From positions 448,001 through 512,000 of the forward strand of contig CAWFGE010000012.1 of NCBI GenBank assembly GCA_963815195.1: a DNA stretch of 64,000 nucleotides, read 5' to 3'. Origin of the DNA: an uncultured Planctomycetaceae bacterium (lineage in GTDB: Bacteria; Planctomycetota; Planctomycetia; Planctomycetales; Planctomycetaceae). A program made the translations under genes and the position numbers. Shown one piece after another: positions 20,329 through 31,855 of this stretch. Position 1 is the first letter of the stretch; the number at the start of each line of letters is the position of its first letter. The notes below the pieces were generated by a model, which saw nothing but the letters and a program-made list of their open reading frames with translations, was not told the DNA's origin and made no database searches.

Positions 20329-21612
20329 ATGCGGACTGGTTTGATCTTGAGTTTGGTTTGGGTGTTGGGATGGGCTTCGCAGCTTCAGGCGGAGAATTGG
20401 CCCGGTTGGCGCGGGCCGCGCGGCGACGGCACGAGCCACGAAACCAGCGTCCCCACGACCTGGAACGTGAAGACCGGCGAGAATATCGCTTGGAAGGTGA
20501 AAATCCCCGGCGTCGGGCATTCGTCCCCGGTCGTGTGGGAGGACAAAATCTTTCTCGCCACCTGCCTGCCGGAGTCGCTGGAGCGCGTGCTGTTGTGCCT
20601 GGACCGCAAGACCGGGAACACGATCTGGCAGAAGGCGGTGCTCAAATCCAACCTCGAAACCAAGCACCAGCTCAACAGCCATGCGTCCTCGACGCCCGCG
20701 ACGGACGGAAAAATCGTCGTCGTCGCCTTTTTGAAAATCGACGGCCGCACGGTCCCGGCCCCCAACGTCGGCACGCCGCGACCGATCAATCCGGGCGAAA
20801 TCCTCGTCGCCGCCTACGATCTCGACGGGAATAAAAAGTGGGAAGCGAACCTGGGCCAGTTCGTCAGCGCCCACGGGTTTTGCAGCAACCCGGTGCTGTT
20901 TGAAGATCTGGTGATCCTCAACGGCGACCACGACGGCAAGTCCTATCTGTTCGCCCTCGACCAGGGGACCGGCGAGATTCGCTGGAAGGACAAGCGGGAC
21001 AACGGCATCCGCAGTTATGCCACGCCGATCATTCGCAATCTCGACGGCCGATTGCAAATGGTGCTCTCCGGCAGCGAATCGGTCATCAGCTACAACCCCC
21101 GCACCGGCGAGCGGTATTGGACGATGGACGGACCCACCGAGCAGTTTGTGGCTTCCATGGTCGATGACGGCAAACGCTTCTTCGTGACGGCGGGCTTTCC
21201 CGACCACCACATTCTGGCCATCAACCCCGACGGCCACGGCAACGTGACCGAAACGCACATCGCCTGGCGGACCACGCGCGGGGCCGCGTATGTTCCGTCG
21301 CCGGTTATTTCCGGGAAGTATCTGATCGTGGTCGCCGACAACGGGATTGCAAGCTGCTTCGACTCCGCCACGGGCGAACGGCAGTGGATGGCCCGCGTCG
21401 GCCCGCGGTTCAGCGCCTTTTTGGTCGCTGCCGACGGTCTGGTCTATCTCACCTCGGACCGCGGGGTGACGACCGTCATTAAGCCCGGCCCCCAACTGGA
21501 AAAAATCGCCGAGAACGACCTGGCCGAGTTCGTCTCCAGTTCGCCCGCCGTCAGCCAAGGCCAAATCTTCATCCGCGGCCACGAAAACCTGTACTGCCTC
21601 GGCAAACCGTGA
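20329..21612 (+). CDS. PQQ-binding-like beta-propeller protein
   Basis: Signal peptide then ENWPGWRGPRGDG; GHSSPVVW, ASSTPATDG, SYATP, SSPA and LYCLG motifs. Confidence 0.88.
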   Translation: MRTGLILSLVWVLGWASQLQAENWPGWRGPRGDGTSHETSVPTTWNVKTGENIAWKVKIPGVGHSSPVVWEDKIFLATCLPESLERVLLCLDRKTGNTIWQKAVLKSNLETKHQLNSHASSTPATDGKIVVVAFLKIDGRTVPAPNVGTPRPINPGEILVAAYDLDGNKKWEANLGQFVSAHGFCSNPVLFEDLVILNGDHDGKSYLFALDQGTGEIRWKDKRDNGIRSYATPIIRNLDGRLQMVLSGSESVISYNPRTGERYWTMDGPTEQFVASMVDDGKRFFVTAGFPDHHILAINPDGHGNVTETHIAWRTTRGAAYVPSPVISGKYLIVVADNGIASCFDSATGERQWMARVGPRFSAFLVAADGLVYLTSDRGVTTVIKPGPQLEKIAENDLAEFVSSSPAVSQGQIFIRGHENLYCLGKP

Positions 21613-21638
21613 CGGACGGCGGGGGCTCCAGGCGAAAA

Positions 21639-21682
21639 AAACGGGCGGCCAATACCTGGTCGCCCGTTCGCGCGCGTTTTTT
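21639..21682 (+). terminator. Putative intrinsic terminator
   Basis: Hairpin AACGGGCGGCCA-N5-TGGTCGCCCGTT with a T-tract nearby, downstream of the stop at 21612. Confidence 0.45.
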
Positions 21683-21882
21683 GACGGCAGCAAGCGCACA
21701 AAAAAATCGATAACCCAATAAATCGGGAAAATCCTGGGAAAGCACCGGGAAATTCCTGGAACCACCGGCAGGCATTTGAGTACACTCTTGCATTTGCGGG
21801 CCGAAACAATGGAAAATATCCATTTGTTCCAAGGGATCGATCGCCCCCGAGTTTGGTGGTTCTTGCAACCGCGATTTTCGTT

Positions 21883-23348
21883 ATGACCAATAACTATCTT
21901 TCCATGACCGAATTGGCCAAAATGGCGCAAAGCCAGCGCGCCCTCGCACTGAAGCAGCAAGACTCGGCACTTCTCACGGGATTGAGCCTGGCGGGCGACG
22001 ATGATTCCCACCTCGATCTGACGGCGAGGATTCGGTTTTTGGAAGCCTGCGGCGGACCGCCGCCGTTTGTTCTTGAGCGGGTCGATGAATCGGGCAACAT
22101 CGACCGCTACGGGTTTGAACGTCCGTTTCTGATCGTGGGGCGGTCGGCGGCGTGCGAGATTGCCTGCCGGACCCGCTCCGTGAGTTTTCGGCATTTGTAT
22201 CTGCAACACCTGGGCGGCGTCGTGTGGTGGTTCGACCTCGACAGCCGGGCGGGCACGTTATGCGACGGCCAGAAGCGGCGCGCGGGCTGCCTCGTACCGG
22301 GGATGACCATCGAGGTGGGAGAATATTCTCTGCGGCTGTCTCCGACGCCTAAGCCGCCTGCCGGCGAAACCGGATTGGCCGCCCCGGCGACGCGGCCGAG
22401 CACGCTCAGCGCGAGCCAACTGCCCGGCCTGCCGCAGGTCTCCTTGGAATTTGAAAACGGACGCGTTGGCAGCGAAAAGAAACAGACGTGGGCAATCGAA
22501 AACAGCATTACCCTTCTGGGGCGCCGCTCGTGCTGCGACATCCGCTTCGCCGATGAAAGCGTGTCGCGGGTCCATGCGAGCTTGATCCTCACCAACGAAG
22601 GACTCTGGGCCGTGGATCTCTTGGGGCGCGGCGGCACGAAGGTCAACGGCGTGCCTTCCGCCTATGCCTATCTCCACGACGGCAGCCAGATGGAAATCGG
22701 GGGCTACAAAATCCGCGTGAAGTATGCGGATCGAGCCGCCCAACCGCACCCCGCCGAGGCCGTGCTCGATGAAGAGCCAAAACAAAACCGCAATCGCACC
22801 GGGTCAGAGACCAGGACGGTTTCGGAAGATTTGCTATACGACCTGGTGACCAATCTCGCCCAGATGCAAAAACAGATGTTCGATCAGAGCCAAATGCAAA
22901 TGGGCCTTTTGATCCAGATGCTGGGCTCGATTCATCAAAGCCAGCAGGAGATGCTCAAAGAGGAACTCAACCGCGTGCACGAGATCTCGCGGGAAATGCG
23001 GGAACTGCAGCGGCGGCTCACGGCCCAGGAAAAACCGAAGACCGACGCCCGCTCCGCCCCCGCCGGTCCGTCCCGCATCAAAGCGGCGGAATCCGCGGTG
23101 GAAATTCCGGAACAAGGCGACGAGTTCCAGGTGCCGGATGAGATGGATGATGTGTTGCCGGCTCCCAGCCTGTTTTCGCAGGAGGACGAGGCGGACGAAG
23201 CACCGCCGATTCCGCCGGAGGATGCCCCCAAGCGCACCGATCGGATGAGATTCAAGATCATGCGGTTCTGTTTCAGCGGATGCAGAATCTCGAGCGCGAA
23301 CGCAACAGCCGACTGCAAAAAATCTTCCGCGCCTTCGGCGGCGGCTGA
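21883..23348 (+). CDS. Double-FHA-domain protein with Q/M-rich coiled coil; apparent frameshift near 23240
   Basis: FHA1: VGRS..VSFRH..DLDSRAGT. FHA2: LGRR..VSRVHA..DLLGRGGTKVNG. The alternative frame gives a coherent helical tail DEIQDHAVLFQRMQNLERERNSRLQKIFRAFGGG ending at TGA 23346-23348. Confidence 0.75.
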
Positions 23349-23759
23349 CCGTTCGTTCGCCAAGGAGCATTCTCCTGCGTCCTGTCGCGAACAACGTTCC
23401 ATCCCACGACTGTTTGAATAACGCGCCTCGCCGAGCGAACGACGATCGCCGCGGCTGGTGTTGTTGTTCTCTTCGCAAAAGACATGCCGCGTCCGGTGCG
23501 GGAACCAATTCGGTGACCGGGACCCCGTACCGGTTCCGGGACCGGCCGGACCGGAGCGCTGGGGGAATCTTCCACGGGAAACGCGCTCGCATTTCCCTCT
23601 GCCCGCGCGATCGGCAGGTGTTAGGATTTGAAGAAGGTCGTGACGGAAAACCTTCAAGTCACGTGATGTCAAACGACTGCTCAATCACGATGCAAGCTGC
23701 CGGCGCGGGAGTGACAAACACTGGTCCCCGCAAACGCAGCGGAAAGGACATGAGACGCG

Positions 23760-24788
23760 ATGAATAGAAACGCCGATTTTCCAAAGTTGTTGTTGACCAT
23801 TGCCGTCGGACTGATTGCGGCGACGCCGGCCTGGGCGGAGTCGCTGGAACCGGCGGAGGTCGCTGCCGACGCCAAATGGCTCATCCATTTGAACGTCGAC
23901 GAGATCCGCTACACGGCATTGGCCCAGGAGATTCAGCAGAAACTCCTCCAGGCGGATGAGAACCAGGGCCGGCTCGATTGGGTGCAGGACAAGCTCGGGA
24001 TCAATCTGCGATCCGACTTGCACGGGCTCACGTTTTACGGCAAAAGCTATGCGCCGCACGAAGGCGTGGGCGTGGTGCACGCCGAGTATGACCGCGGGAA
24101 GCTGGTGGCCGCGGTCGAAAAGAAGCCGCAACACAAGGCCGCCGAATACCGGGACTACACGATTCACGAATGGCAGGTCGAGCAAGGCGGCAAGCACCAC
24201 AACCTGGCGCTCGCGCTTCACGATGAGGGAACGATCGTTGTCAGCGGGAGCATCGAGCAGGCACAGTCCGCCCTCGACGTCCTGGACAGCCGGCGGGACA
24301 GCCTCAAAAAGAAACCCGATTCGCCGCTCCTCGGCAAGGTGCCCGGCGGCACGTTCTTTCGGGGATCGGCCATCGACCTCCAGGATCTCGAAACTCGCAA
24401 CCCACAGGATCGCAAGAACGGCAACCAGGCATTTCCCGCCCTGGGCCAGGCGAAGGAATTCTCCGTGTCGTTCGCCGAAAAGGGACCGAACCTGGAACTC
24501 GGTGCAAGACTCGTCGCAGCCTCGGAGGATGCGGCCCAGAAAGTCGCCCAGTTCCTCCAGGCCTTCACCCAGGCGTCTTCCAACCAGAAAACCAACGGCT
24601 CGAAATTCGGACAACTTTTGAAACAATTCGACGTGAAGCGTGACGGGGCGACGGTTTCCATCGACGGGAAAATCGACCGCGAGACGCTTGTCGACTTCCT
24701 GAAAGAATCAGCAATCAAGAAGAAGAAAACGGCTGAACCCAGCCAGAGCCCGCAGCCGCCCGCCACTCCCAACGGGACCGAACGCTAA
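23760..24788 (+). CDS. Exported hypothetical protein
   Basis: Clear signal peptide (…ATPAWA-E) and plausible protein composition; no family recognised. Confidence 0.7.
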   Translation: MNRNADFPKLLLTIAVGLIAATPAWAESLEPAEVAADAKWLIHLNVDEIRYTALAQEIQQKLLQADENQGRLDWVQDKLGINLRSDLHGLTFYGKSYAPHEGVGVVHAEYDRGKLVAAVEKKPQHKAAEYRDYTIHEWQVEQGGKHHNLALALHDEGTIVVSGSIEQAQSALDVLDSRRDSLKKKPDSPLLGKVPGGTFFRGSAIDLQDLETRNPQDRKNGNQAFPALGQAKEFSVSFAEKGPNLELGARLVAASEDAAQKVAQFLQAFTQASSNQKTNGSKFGQLLKQFDVKRDGATVSIDGKIDRETLVDFLKESAIKKKKTAEPSQSPQPPATPNGTER

Positions 24789-24820
24789 ACGAACGCAACC
24801 ACCAAACTTTTTCCCCTCAT

Positions 24821-27650
24821 TCACTCGCCGGGTTCGCCGTCTTCTTGCATTGCGGTGCCGAAGAGGTCATCCTGGCAAATCGCGGAGAACTCGGCGAAGT
24901 AGCGGGGATTGGGTTTCGGCGGCCAGAAGGTTTCGCGGCGGACATCGCGGATCACCTCGCTCGCGGCCTCGTCGGCGTCCTCGAGGTCCGTGCCGGTCCA
25001 CTCCGCGAGCCGCTCGCCGATAGCCTGGGGGTTCTTAGGAAGCACGATATAACCGAGGCGGACATGCTCGCTTTCGGGCAGGTGATCGATCGCCCGCATC
25101 AAATGCCGATACAAGGGCAGTTGCAGGTCCGTCCAGCGGCCTTCCTTGTCGCGGTGCTTCTCCTCAGGCGAGGCTCCGGAATCGCTGGTTTTGTAATCGA
25201 GGATTGCGATCTCCAACCGCCCGCCGCGCTCGCGGACATCGATGCGGTCGATCCGGCCGCGCAAAAACATCTTCGCTCGATCGACCTCCAGAAACGCCCG
25301 GTCGTCTTTGATTGATTCCTCGGCGAAGCAGATCTCCCAACCTTGGGACGCCCACTTCGCCTGCCAGTCGGCAAAACCTTTGAGTCGCCATCGGGCTTGC
25401 TCGATTTGAATGCGCACCGCGGGCAGCGGATGCCGGCCGAACTTGCGGGCGGCTTGCTTGGTAAGTTCGTCGCTTAAGAACTCGAAGATCCGCGCGGGGT
25501 CGGCGAGGCGGTTGATCGATTTCGACTTGCCAAACTCTTCGAGCACATCGTGGAGCACGTCGCCGAAGGCATTGGGCGGGAGTTCCTCCGCGGTGGCGAG
25601 CGGCGAAGCGAGGCCCAGCCGGTAGCCCAGGTAATAGCGGTAGGGGCATTCCAAATAGGCGCTGAACTCCGTCACCCGCATCGAAGTCACCGGCTCGGCG
25701 AGCGGCAGCGGCTTGGGCACGGCATACGGGACGACCGCGCCGCCGGGACTCAACCCGTCGGCAATCCGTACGCGGTTTCGCAGCGACTTCGGCGTGGCGA
25801 ACAATCGCTCGACCCGCTCCGGCAACTCGTGATTGTCGCAGGCGAACAGCAGCCGGCTCGGGGCGAGCGGATCGTTCTCCGCCGTCCGCCGGCCCAGGAT
25901 CAACCGCAATTCTTTCCGCGACGCCGCGAGCACGCTGAGGGCATACGCATCGCGCGCGAGCCGGCGGTCGTTGTCGTCGAGATTCATCGCCCGGCGGACG
26001 CTGTTCGGCAAAAACGCGTCCGGGTTCTGCGACGTCGGCACGATGCCTTCATTCATCCCCGTCACCACCAAAGCCGGGGCGTCATCCCAAGGCAAATCGA
26101 GCCAACCCAAAAGCGCGACCTCGTTTCCGCCCGGCTCGTCGAATACCAACGGCCCCTCGAGCCTCGCGAAGCACGAGCCGCAAAGCCTCCGCTCCCGTGA
26201 CGGGCGGCGCGAGCGCGGGCGGAAGGTCCTCGATGACGGCGAGCCGTTCCTGAATCAACTCGCAGGCTTTTAATGCTCGCCGGTCCTGGGGATCGTTCCG
26301 GTCGAGCGGACGAATGCCGAAGAGGTCCAAGAGCACTTCGCGAATCGGCCGGACCCACGCGGTCACCGCCTGCTTGCGGCCCTCGAGCGGTTTTAAAAGT
26401 TTCTCCACCGCCTGGACCGCTCGGGCCAGCGCGGGAAAGCGGGGCGACGTTCGCCAACGGCGTTTTTTCAAACTGCCGCCGTCGTCCAGCCTCGCGGGGA
26501 AATGCGTCGAGCAGTATTCATCAAGCTCCAACAGCCAATCCGCCGGGACGTCTTGATGGGCGAGCCAAAGCTCCACGGCCGGGTGCCGGGCGAGGTTGGC
26601 GAAGTCGCGGAACCACGCCGACTCCACCAGGTCCGCCGCCGCCGAGAGCACGCGGGCCGGTGCGGTGTGAAGCAGCGGGCGGCCGAGGGAACTGTGCACG
26701 CTCAATCCGCATTCGCCGAGGCGTTCTTCGATTGCCGGGGCGATTCGGCGGTCCGGGACGCCGACGGTGATTTGATCGGCGGAGAACCGTTCGTTCCAGG
26801 CACTCAAGGCGCAGCACACGGCGAGGGCCTGGTCGTCGGGGCCGTCCACGACTTCGGTTTTCTCATAGATGGCTTCGATCGCGGCGTTCTGCCAGCGGGC
26901 TGCGATCAGGCCGCCGAACTCATCGAACCACTCCGCCCGCGACGAAGGGGCAACGACGAGAGCCGTCACCCGCTCGGCCACCTGCGAGAGCATCGCGCGA
27001 TGCGAGGCGTTCAGATCCACGAGTCCCGCGAGCACGATGTCTTTGTCGGCGGCGAACTCGCGCTCTTGGATCGCCACGAGCCGGGCGGTTTGCCGATCCC
27101 AAAGCCCCAAATCGTCCAGGATGCGGAGGTAGGCGACCTCCACGTCTTTGAGCAGATCCCAGCGGGCGATCTCATGGGGTTCGCCGAGCGTTTGGATTTG
27201 CTCGGCCACGTCCGCGAAGTCGAGGTTGTTCGCCACCAACTCGCGGTGCAGTTGGGAGAGCATCGCCGCGAACGCCAGCCAACCGGTGAGCGTGGCGTCG
27301 GGCAGTCGCCGCATCAGCCGCGAGCGTTCCCGGCCCCGCAAAGTTTTGAGTGCTTGGATCCAGGCGAACTGCTGCGCGAGCGGATCGGCAAACGGCCGCT
27401 TGGGCGTGTAAAGCCGTTCGGGCAGAGCCCGCAGCGTAAGAATCTCGGGCGGAACCAAACGCCATCGCCGGGCCTCGGCATCGTCCACCAAGAGTTCCAG
27501 CGCCCGCCGTCCCGCCTCCGCGGTGGGCAAGACGACGAGCACGTTTCGCAGATCGAGCTTTGTTCCCTCGCCGTATCGCTCCCGCAGATACGCCGCGGTC
27601 ACAGGCAGCGCGGGCCGCTTCCAATCCAAAAACACGCGGGAAATGGGCAT
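24821..27650 (-). CDS. AddB/RexB-like inactive helicase-PD-(D/E)XK nuclease; apparent +1 frameshift near 26160
   Basis: N-terminal MPISRVFLDW…VVLPT; C-terminal YLECPYRYY, GDVLHDVL, LRGRIDRID, ILDYKT, DLQLPLY. Split across ORFs 26082-27986 and 24821-26149. Confidence 0.82.
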
Positions 27651-27655
27651 CGGGA

Positions 27656-29158
27656 TTATACCGCGTCGGGTTGCCAGTATTCCTGGCGGTATTTGACGAA
27701 CCGCTCGAAGGCGGTTTTGGGCGTGCCGTCGGCCCGGAGTAAGCCGGCGTGCGGGAAATGATGGGGGACGGCGTCGGAAAAATGCGTCCAGCAAATTCCC
27801 ACCACGACCTGTTTCGCCATGAGCATCGGCAGGTAGGCATCGACCCACGCCGCTTGGGATTCCTCGGTCCAGCCTGCTTTCCAGTCCGCCGTTTCGATTT
27901 CCAGATCGCTCGTGGCATTGGCGTCGGGAAGGGTGCTCGACGGAAACGCCAAGGTGACTTCCAAGGGCACGCCGAGGCAACTCCACAGATCGATCATCCG
28001 GGAGAACTCCAAAAGGTCGCGCGGCGCGGAGCCCCGCGGGGCATAGCCGATGCCGACTTCCAGGTTGACGCCGTAAAGCCCGACGCCGGAGCGGATCAAG
28101 GCATCGACAAAATGCAAGGGCGAGAGGCGGTGCTGTCCGCGGGCCTGGTATCCGCCCCAGGGCTGGTCGATGCGGACGGTGAGTTTGAGTTCGTCATCGA
28201 CTTGCCGGGCGACTTCCAGCGTACGGGCGGCGAGGGACAGGCGGTTTTCCTCGTTGAGGGCCAAGGCCCCGCCCGTGTTCACGCGGGCGGAGACCTCCCA
28301 ATGCCGGATGAGGCCGGCATAGCGGGCAACGGCGGTTTCCACAAAATCGCAGACGAAACTCTGCAGGTTGAGAAAGTCGTGCTCCCACTGCCAAAGCCAG
28401 GCGGGCAGGCCTTCCGGGGACAAGTCGAGCAAAGGCCCCGCGGACAGGAGGAGCTTTTGCTCTTGCGCCCAGGCGATCTGCTGGTCGTGGATTTCCCAGT
28501 CGTAGCTGCCTTCCTCCGGCTCGATGTGCTTCCACTCGATGGGCAGCGAGACCGCCGTGAATGCTTCGCAGAACTTCGCGGCGGCGTCTTCGTCGAGCGC
28601 GGTGCGGCCGATGTTGCATCCCAGCGACGCGGGCAGCCGGGCCGACCGCTTCCGGCGGACCGCCAACCGCTGCGTGGTATACGCCTCGGAGAGCACCCGC
28701 GAAGCCCCGAGCGCGACCTCCAACGCTTTCCAGGCGGTTTCGCTCGCCTCGGCGGGTTTGTGCTGTTGGGACGAGGCCTCGGCAAACAGCGTGTGGGCTT
28801 CTTTGTGGAGCCTCCAATACTCGTCCGGCACCGCCATGCCCGCCATCTCCCACGCGGCCAGTTGATCCCGCAACAGCGAAATCCGCCCGCGGGCAAGTTC
28901 CACGGCGAGCAAAAACGGCTCCTCGCGTTCCGGCAGCGACGACGTGCACACGCTCGGCCGCCCGAACCCCGGAATCGGCAGCGCCACATGCACCTTCCCG
29001 CTGTCCGCGCTGGTTCTCCGGCAGGCGACGACGTTGCCTTCGACTTCCACGCGCGTGGGAAAGACGCGTCCGTCGAACCCGCTGACATACGCCCGCTGCA
29101 ATTCGGGCCAGTCCTCAAGGAGGTTCTCCGGATAGACCAAAAACCGCATGACGCCCAT
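27656..29158 (-). CDS. Cytoplasmic GH10-like TIM-barrel protein with degenerate catalytic motifs
   Basis: EWKHIEPEEGSYDW, LPAWL, VARYAG..HWEV, VVGICW and GLLRADGTPK resemble the GH10/GH-A fold; no signal peptide. Confidence 0.7.
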   Translation of the reverse strand: MGVMRFLVYPENLLEDWPELQRAYVSGFDGRVFPTRVEVEGNVVACRRTSADSGKVHVALPIPGFGRPSVCTSSLPEREEPFLLAVELARGRISLLRDQLAAWEMAGMAVPDEYWRLHKEAHTLFAEASSQQHKPAEASETAWKALEVALGASRVLSEAYTTQRLAVRRKRSARLPASLGCNIGRTALDEDAAAKFCEAFTAVSLPIEWKHIEPEEGSYDWEIHDQQIAWAQEQKLLLSAGPLLDLSPEGLPAWLWQWEHDFLNLQSFVCDFVETAVARYAGLIRHWEVSARVNTGGALALNEENRLSLAARTLEVARQVDDELKLTVRIDQPWGGYQARGQHRLSPLHFVDALIRSGVGLYGVNLEVGIGYAPRGSAPRDLLEFSRMIDLWSCLGVPLEVTLAFPSSTLPDANATSDLEIETADWKAGWTEESQAAWVDAYLPMLMAKQVVVGICWTHFSDAVPHHFPHAGLLRADGTPKTAFERFVKYRQEYWQPDAV

Positions 29159-29390
29159 TCAAAACCCCGATCGCAGGCCCGTTGACAGAACGCGAAACTC
29201 CCCCCGCCAGTGTAGTTGCGTTCCGGACGTTGTTCAAGAAAGTCCCCGGTGTTACACTCGGATTGGCTTCCCCGCTTCCGCTTCCTTCTCCCATCATAGC
29301 GGTCTCCCTCGGTCGGAGAGAGGGGGAGATTGGGAGAGGTCGCATCGATTTTGAAACCTTCCATTTTTTGACTCTTGGACTTTGGCCGCG

Positions 29391-30278
29391 ATGTCTCAGA
29401 CGGCGTTATTGCAAACTTCGCTTCCCGGACTGCCGGTCCGCCGGGGAAAGGTGCGCGACATTTATGATTTCGGGGATCGGCTGCTGTTCGTGGCGACCGA
29501 CCGCATCAGTGCGTTTGATTGGGTGCTGCCCAACGGCATCCCCGACAAAGGCCGGGTGTTGACGCAAACAAGCCGGATGTGGTTCGAGCGGCTGGGCGTG
29601 CCGAATCATGTCTTGAGCCTCGATCCCGAAGACGTGCCGCTGCCCGCGGGCGTGGACGTCGAGCCGCTTTCCGGGCGGAGCATGGTCGTCAAAAAGACCG
29701 AAGTCGTGCCGATCGAATGCGTGGTGCGGGGCTATTTGGCCGGTTCGGGCTGGAAGGAATACCGCGATCGGCAGACGGTGTGCGGATTGAAGTTGCCCGC
29801 AGGACTCGTGGAAAGCTCGCCGCTGCCGGAACCGATCTTCACGCCCGCGACCAAAGCCGAGTCGGGGCACGATATCAACATTCCGTTTGAAGAAATGGCC
29901 TCCCGCATCGGCCGCGAGCTGTCCGAGACGCTGCGCGACCGAAGCCTGCGGATTTACGCCCAGGCCGCGGATTACGCGCGGTCCAAGGGGATCATCCTGG
30001 CCGACACGAAATTCGAGTTCGGCCTCGTGGGCGGCGAGATTCTCTTGATCGATGAAGTCCTCACCCCCGACAGTTCCCGCTTCTGGCCCGCCGAGGATTA
30101 CGAACCCGGCCGCAGCCAGCGGAGCTACGACAAGCAGTTCGTGCGGGACTGGCTGGAAACCACCGGCTGGGACAAAAACAGCCCCCCGCCCGCGATGCCG
30201 GAAGAAATCATCACCCAAACCCGGGCGAAGTACATCGAAGCCTACGAGCAACTCGCGCAACAGCCATTCCCCTGGTGA
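29391..30278 (+). CDS. purC: SAICAR synthetase
   Basis: [51 protein letters not shown] and [11 protein letters not shown] motifs. Confidence 0.97.
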   Translation: MSQTALLQTSLPGLPVRRGKVRDIYDFGDRLLFVATDRISAFDWVLPNGIPDKGRVLTQTSRMWFERLGVPNHVLSLDPEDVPLPAGVDVEPLSGRSMVVKKTEVVPIECVVRGYLAGSGWKEYRDRQTVCGLKLPAGLVESSPLPEPIFTPATKAESGHDINIPFEEMASRIGRELSETLRDRSLRIYAQAADYARSKGIILADTKFEFGLVGGEILLIDEVLTPDSSRFWPAEDYEPGRSQRSYDKQFVRDWLETTGWDKNSPPPAMPEEIITQTRAKYIEAYEQLAQQPFPW

Positions 30279-30335
30279 CGGAACGGCGAGCGGCGAGCGT
30301 AAGCTGGCTGATCCGTTACGAGTGCTGGGATTGGG

Positions 30336-30405
30336 GAGCCGCGCACGAAGTAAGCGGTTTTCCGGGATTGACCGTTCGCAATGCCGCTTACTTCGTGCGC
30401 GGCTC
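30336..30405. repeat. REP doublet, family B (copy 1)
   Basis: Perfect 22-bp inverted repeat GAGCCGCGCACGAAGTAAGCGG / CCGCTTACTTCGTGCGCGGCTC. Confidence 0.88.
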
Positions 30406-30475
30406 GGGCGTTTTTTGGAACGACTGAATCTGAAATCTGCGGTTTACGCGGGGAACGCAAACCGCGCCAAATGTG

Positions 30476-30597
30476 GTGTGCGTATCACGAAATTAGGTCA
30501 TGGGCCAATTTGGGTGGCACGTCCCTGAGCCTCAGCGGAGGGCGTGGCCCTTGCAAAGACCACGCCCTTCGTGCCTCAGGGCGTGGCACCCAGATCC
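30476..30597. repeat. REPIN/MITE-like palindromic element, family A (copy 2)
   Basis: Reverse-complement homologue of 16097-16225, including the non-palindromic flank …TAGGTCATGGGCCAATTTGGGTGGCACG. Confidence 0.88.
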
Positions 30598-30748
30598 ACT
30601 TGAAAAATACGTCCCGTCATTTTGCACCGACTTTCGTGAGACACACTCGCAAATGTGCCGCGCGGCTTGCGGTCTTTTCTCCTGGTTTGGGACCGGCTAT
30701 CATCATCGTTCCCTAAGGAATCGACGGCCAAACCAGATTGGGAGCGGG

Positions 30749-31642
30749 ATGAATCAGCGGGAGGAAGAGCACGGCGGCGTGGAATTGGCGGTGCTCGCGA
30801 GCGGGAGTTCCGGGAACGCCTGTTTGCTGCAGGTGGATGGGTTCGGCCTGTTGATCGATGCCGGGCTGGGGCCGCGGAAGCTGGTGGGCCAGCTCCGGAA
30901 GGTCGGTGCGGGTTGGCCGGCGGTTCAGGCGATGATTCTGACCCACACCCACGCCGACCATTGGAACGACCGCACGTTGGGGCGGCTGTCGAAACTCGGG
31001 ATACCGTTTTATTGCCATCGCGAGCACCAACGCCGCTTGAGCCGCATGGGCAGCGGGTTGGCTCAACTGCGGTCGGCCCGGCTCTTGCGGTTTTATTCGG
31101 AAGGGGAGCCGTTCGAGTTTCAGGGCGGCCTCGGTTGCCGGGCGGTTCCGGTTCGGCACGACAGCGGGGCGGCGTTCGGTTTCCGGTTCGAGCGGCCGCG
31201 GACGCTGTTCGGCTCCGCGTGGGCGATGGGGTACGCTTCCGATTTGGGGACCTGGGACGAAGCCGTGGCCGAGGCGTTTGCCAATGTCGATCTGTTCGCT
31301 GTGGAGTTCAACCACGACGAAGAGATGCAGCGACAAAGCCGGCGGCCTTGGCAGTTGATCGAGCGGGTGCTCAGCGATGAAGGCCATTTGTCCAACAATC
31401 AAGCCGCCGCGCTGACGGCCGAGATTGTCAATCGCTCGGCACCCAACCGTTTGCAGACCGTGGTGCAATTGCATCTCAGCCGGGACTGCAACCGCCCGCA
31501 ACTGGCCCGGCGATCCGCGGAGTCCGTTTTCGAGGAACTTGCCCATCCGTGCGAAATCCACACCGCCGACCAGCACGAACCGCTGGTCCATCCGCCGCGA
31601 ACATCGGCAGTCCCGGGCGGGCTGGGGCAGCGGTCCGCTTAA
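30749..31642 (+). CDS. MBL-fold metallo-hydrolase (YycJ/PhnP-like)
   Basis: LASGSSGN, LIDAG, LTHTHADH, VRHD, ASDLG, EFNHD, GHLSN and LHLS motifs. Confidence 0.9.
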   Translation: MNQREEEHGGVELAVLASGSSGNACLLQVDGFGLLIDAGLGPRKLVGQLRKVGAGWPAVQAMILTHTHADHWNDRTLGRLSKLGIPFYCHREHQRRLSRMGSGLAQLRSARLLRFYSEGEPFEFQGGLGCRAVPVRHDSGAAFGFRFERPRTLFGSAWAMGYASDLGTWDEAVAEAFANVDLFAVEFNHDEEMQRQSRRPWQLIERVLSDEGHLSNNQAAALTAEIVNRSAPNRLQTVVQLHLSRDCNRPQLARRSAESVFEELAHPCEIHTADQHEPLVHPPRTSAVPGGLGQRSA

Positions 31643-31662
31643 TTTTCCGAGCAAAATCTATC

Positions 31663-31733
31663 GAGCCGCGCACGAAGTAAGCGGTTTTTCAAGTGTTTTT
31701 AGGATTCAAAACCGCTTACTTCGTGCGCGGGTC
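31663..31733. repeat. REP doublet, family B (copy 2)
   Basis: GAGCCGCGCACGAAGTAAGCGGTTTT ... AAAACCGCTTACTTCGTGCGCGG inverted pair. Confidence 0.88.
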
Positions 31734-31855
31734 TTTCGCTTTTGGAATGACGGATTATTGATTTCGGGCCGGCACGCGGAAAATATTTCAATTTTCATGT
31801 CCCAAAACTTGGCAAAATCTGCCAAAATCCCCGCCGATCGCTCCGCGGTTGGGGC

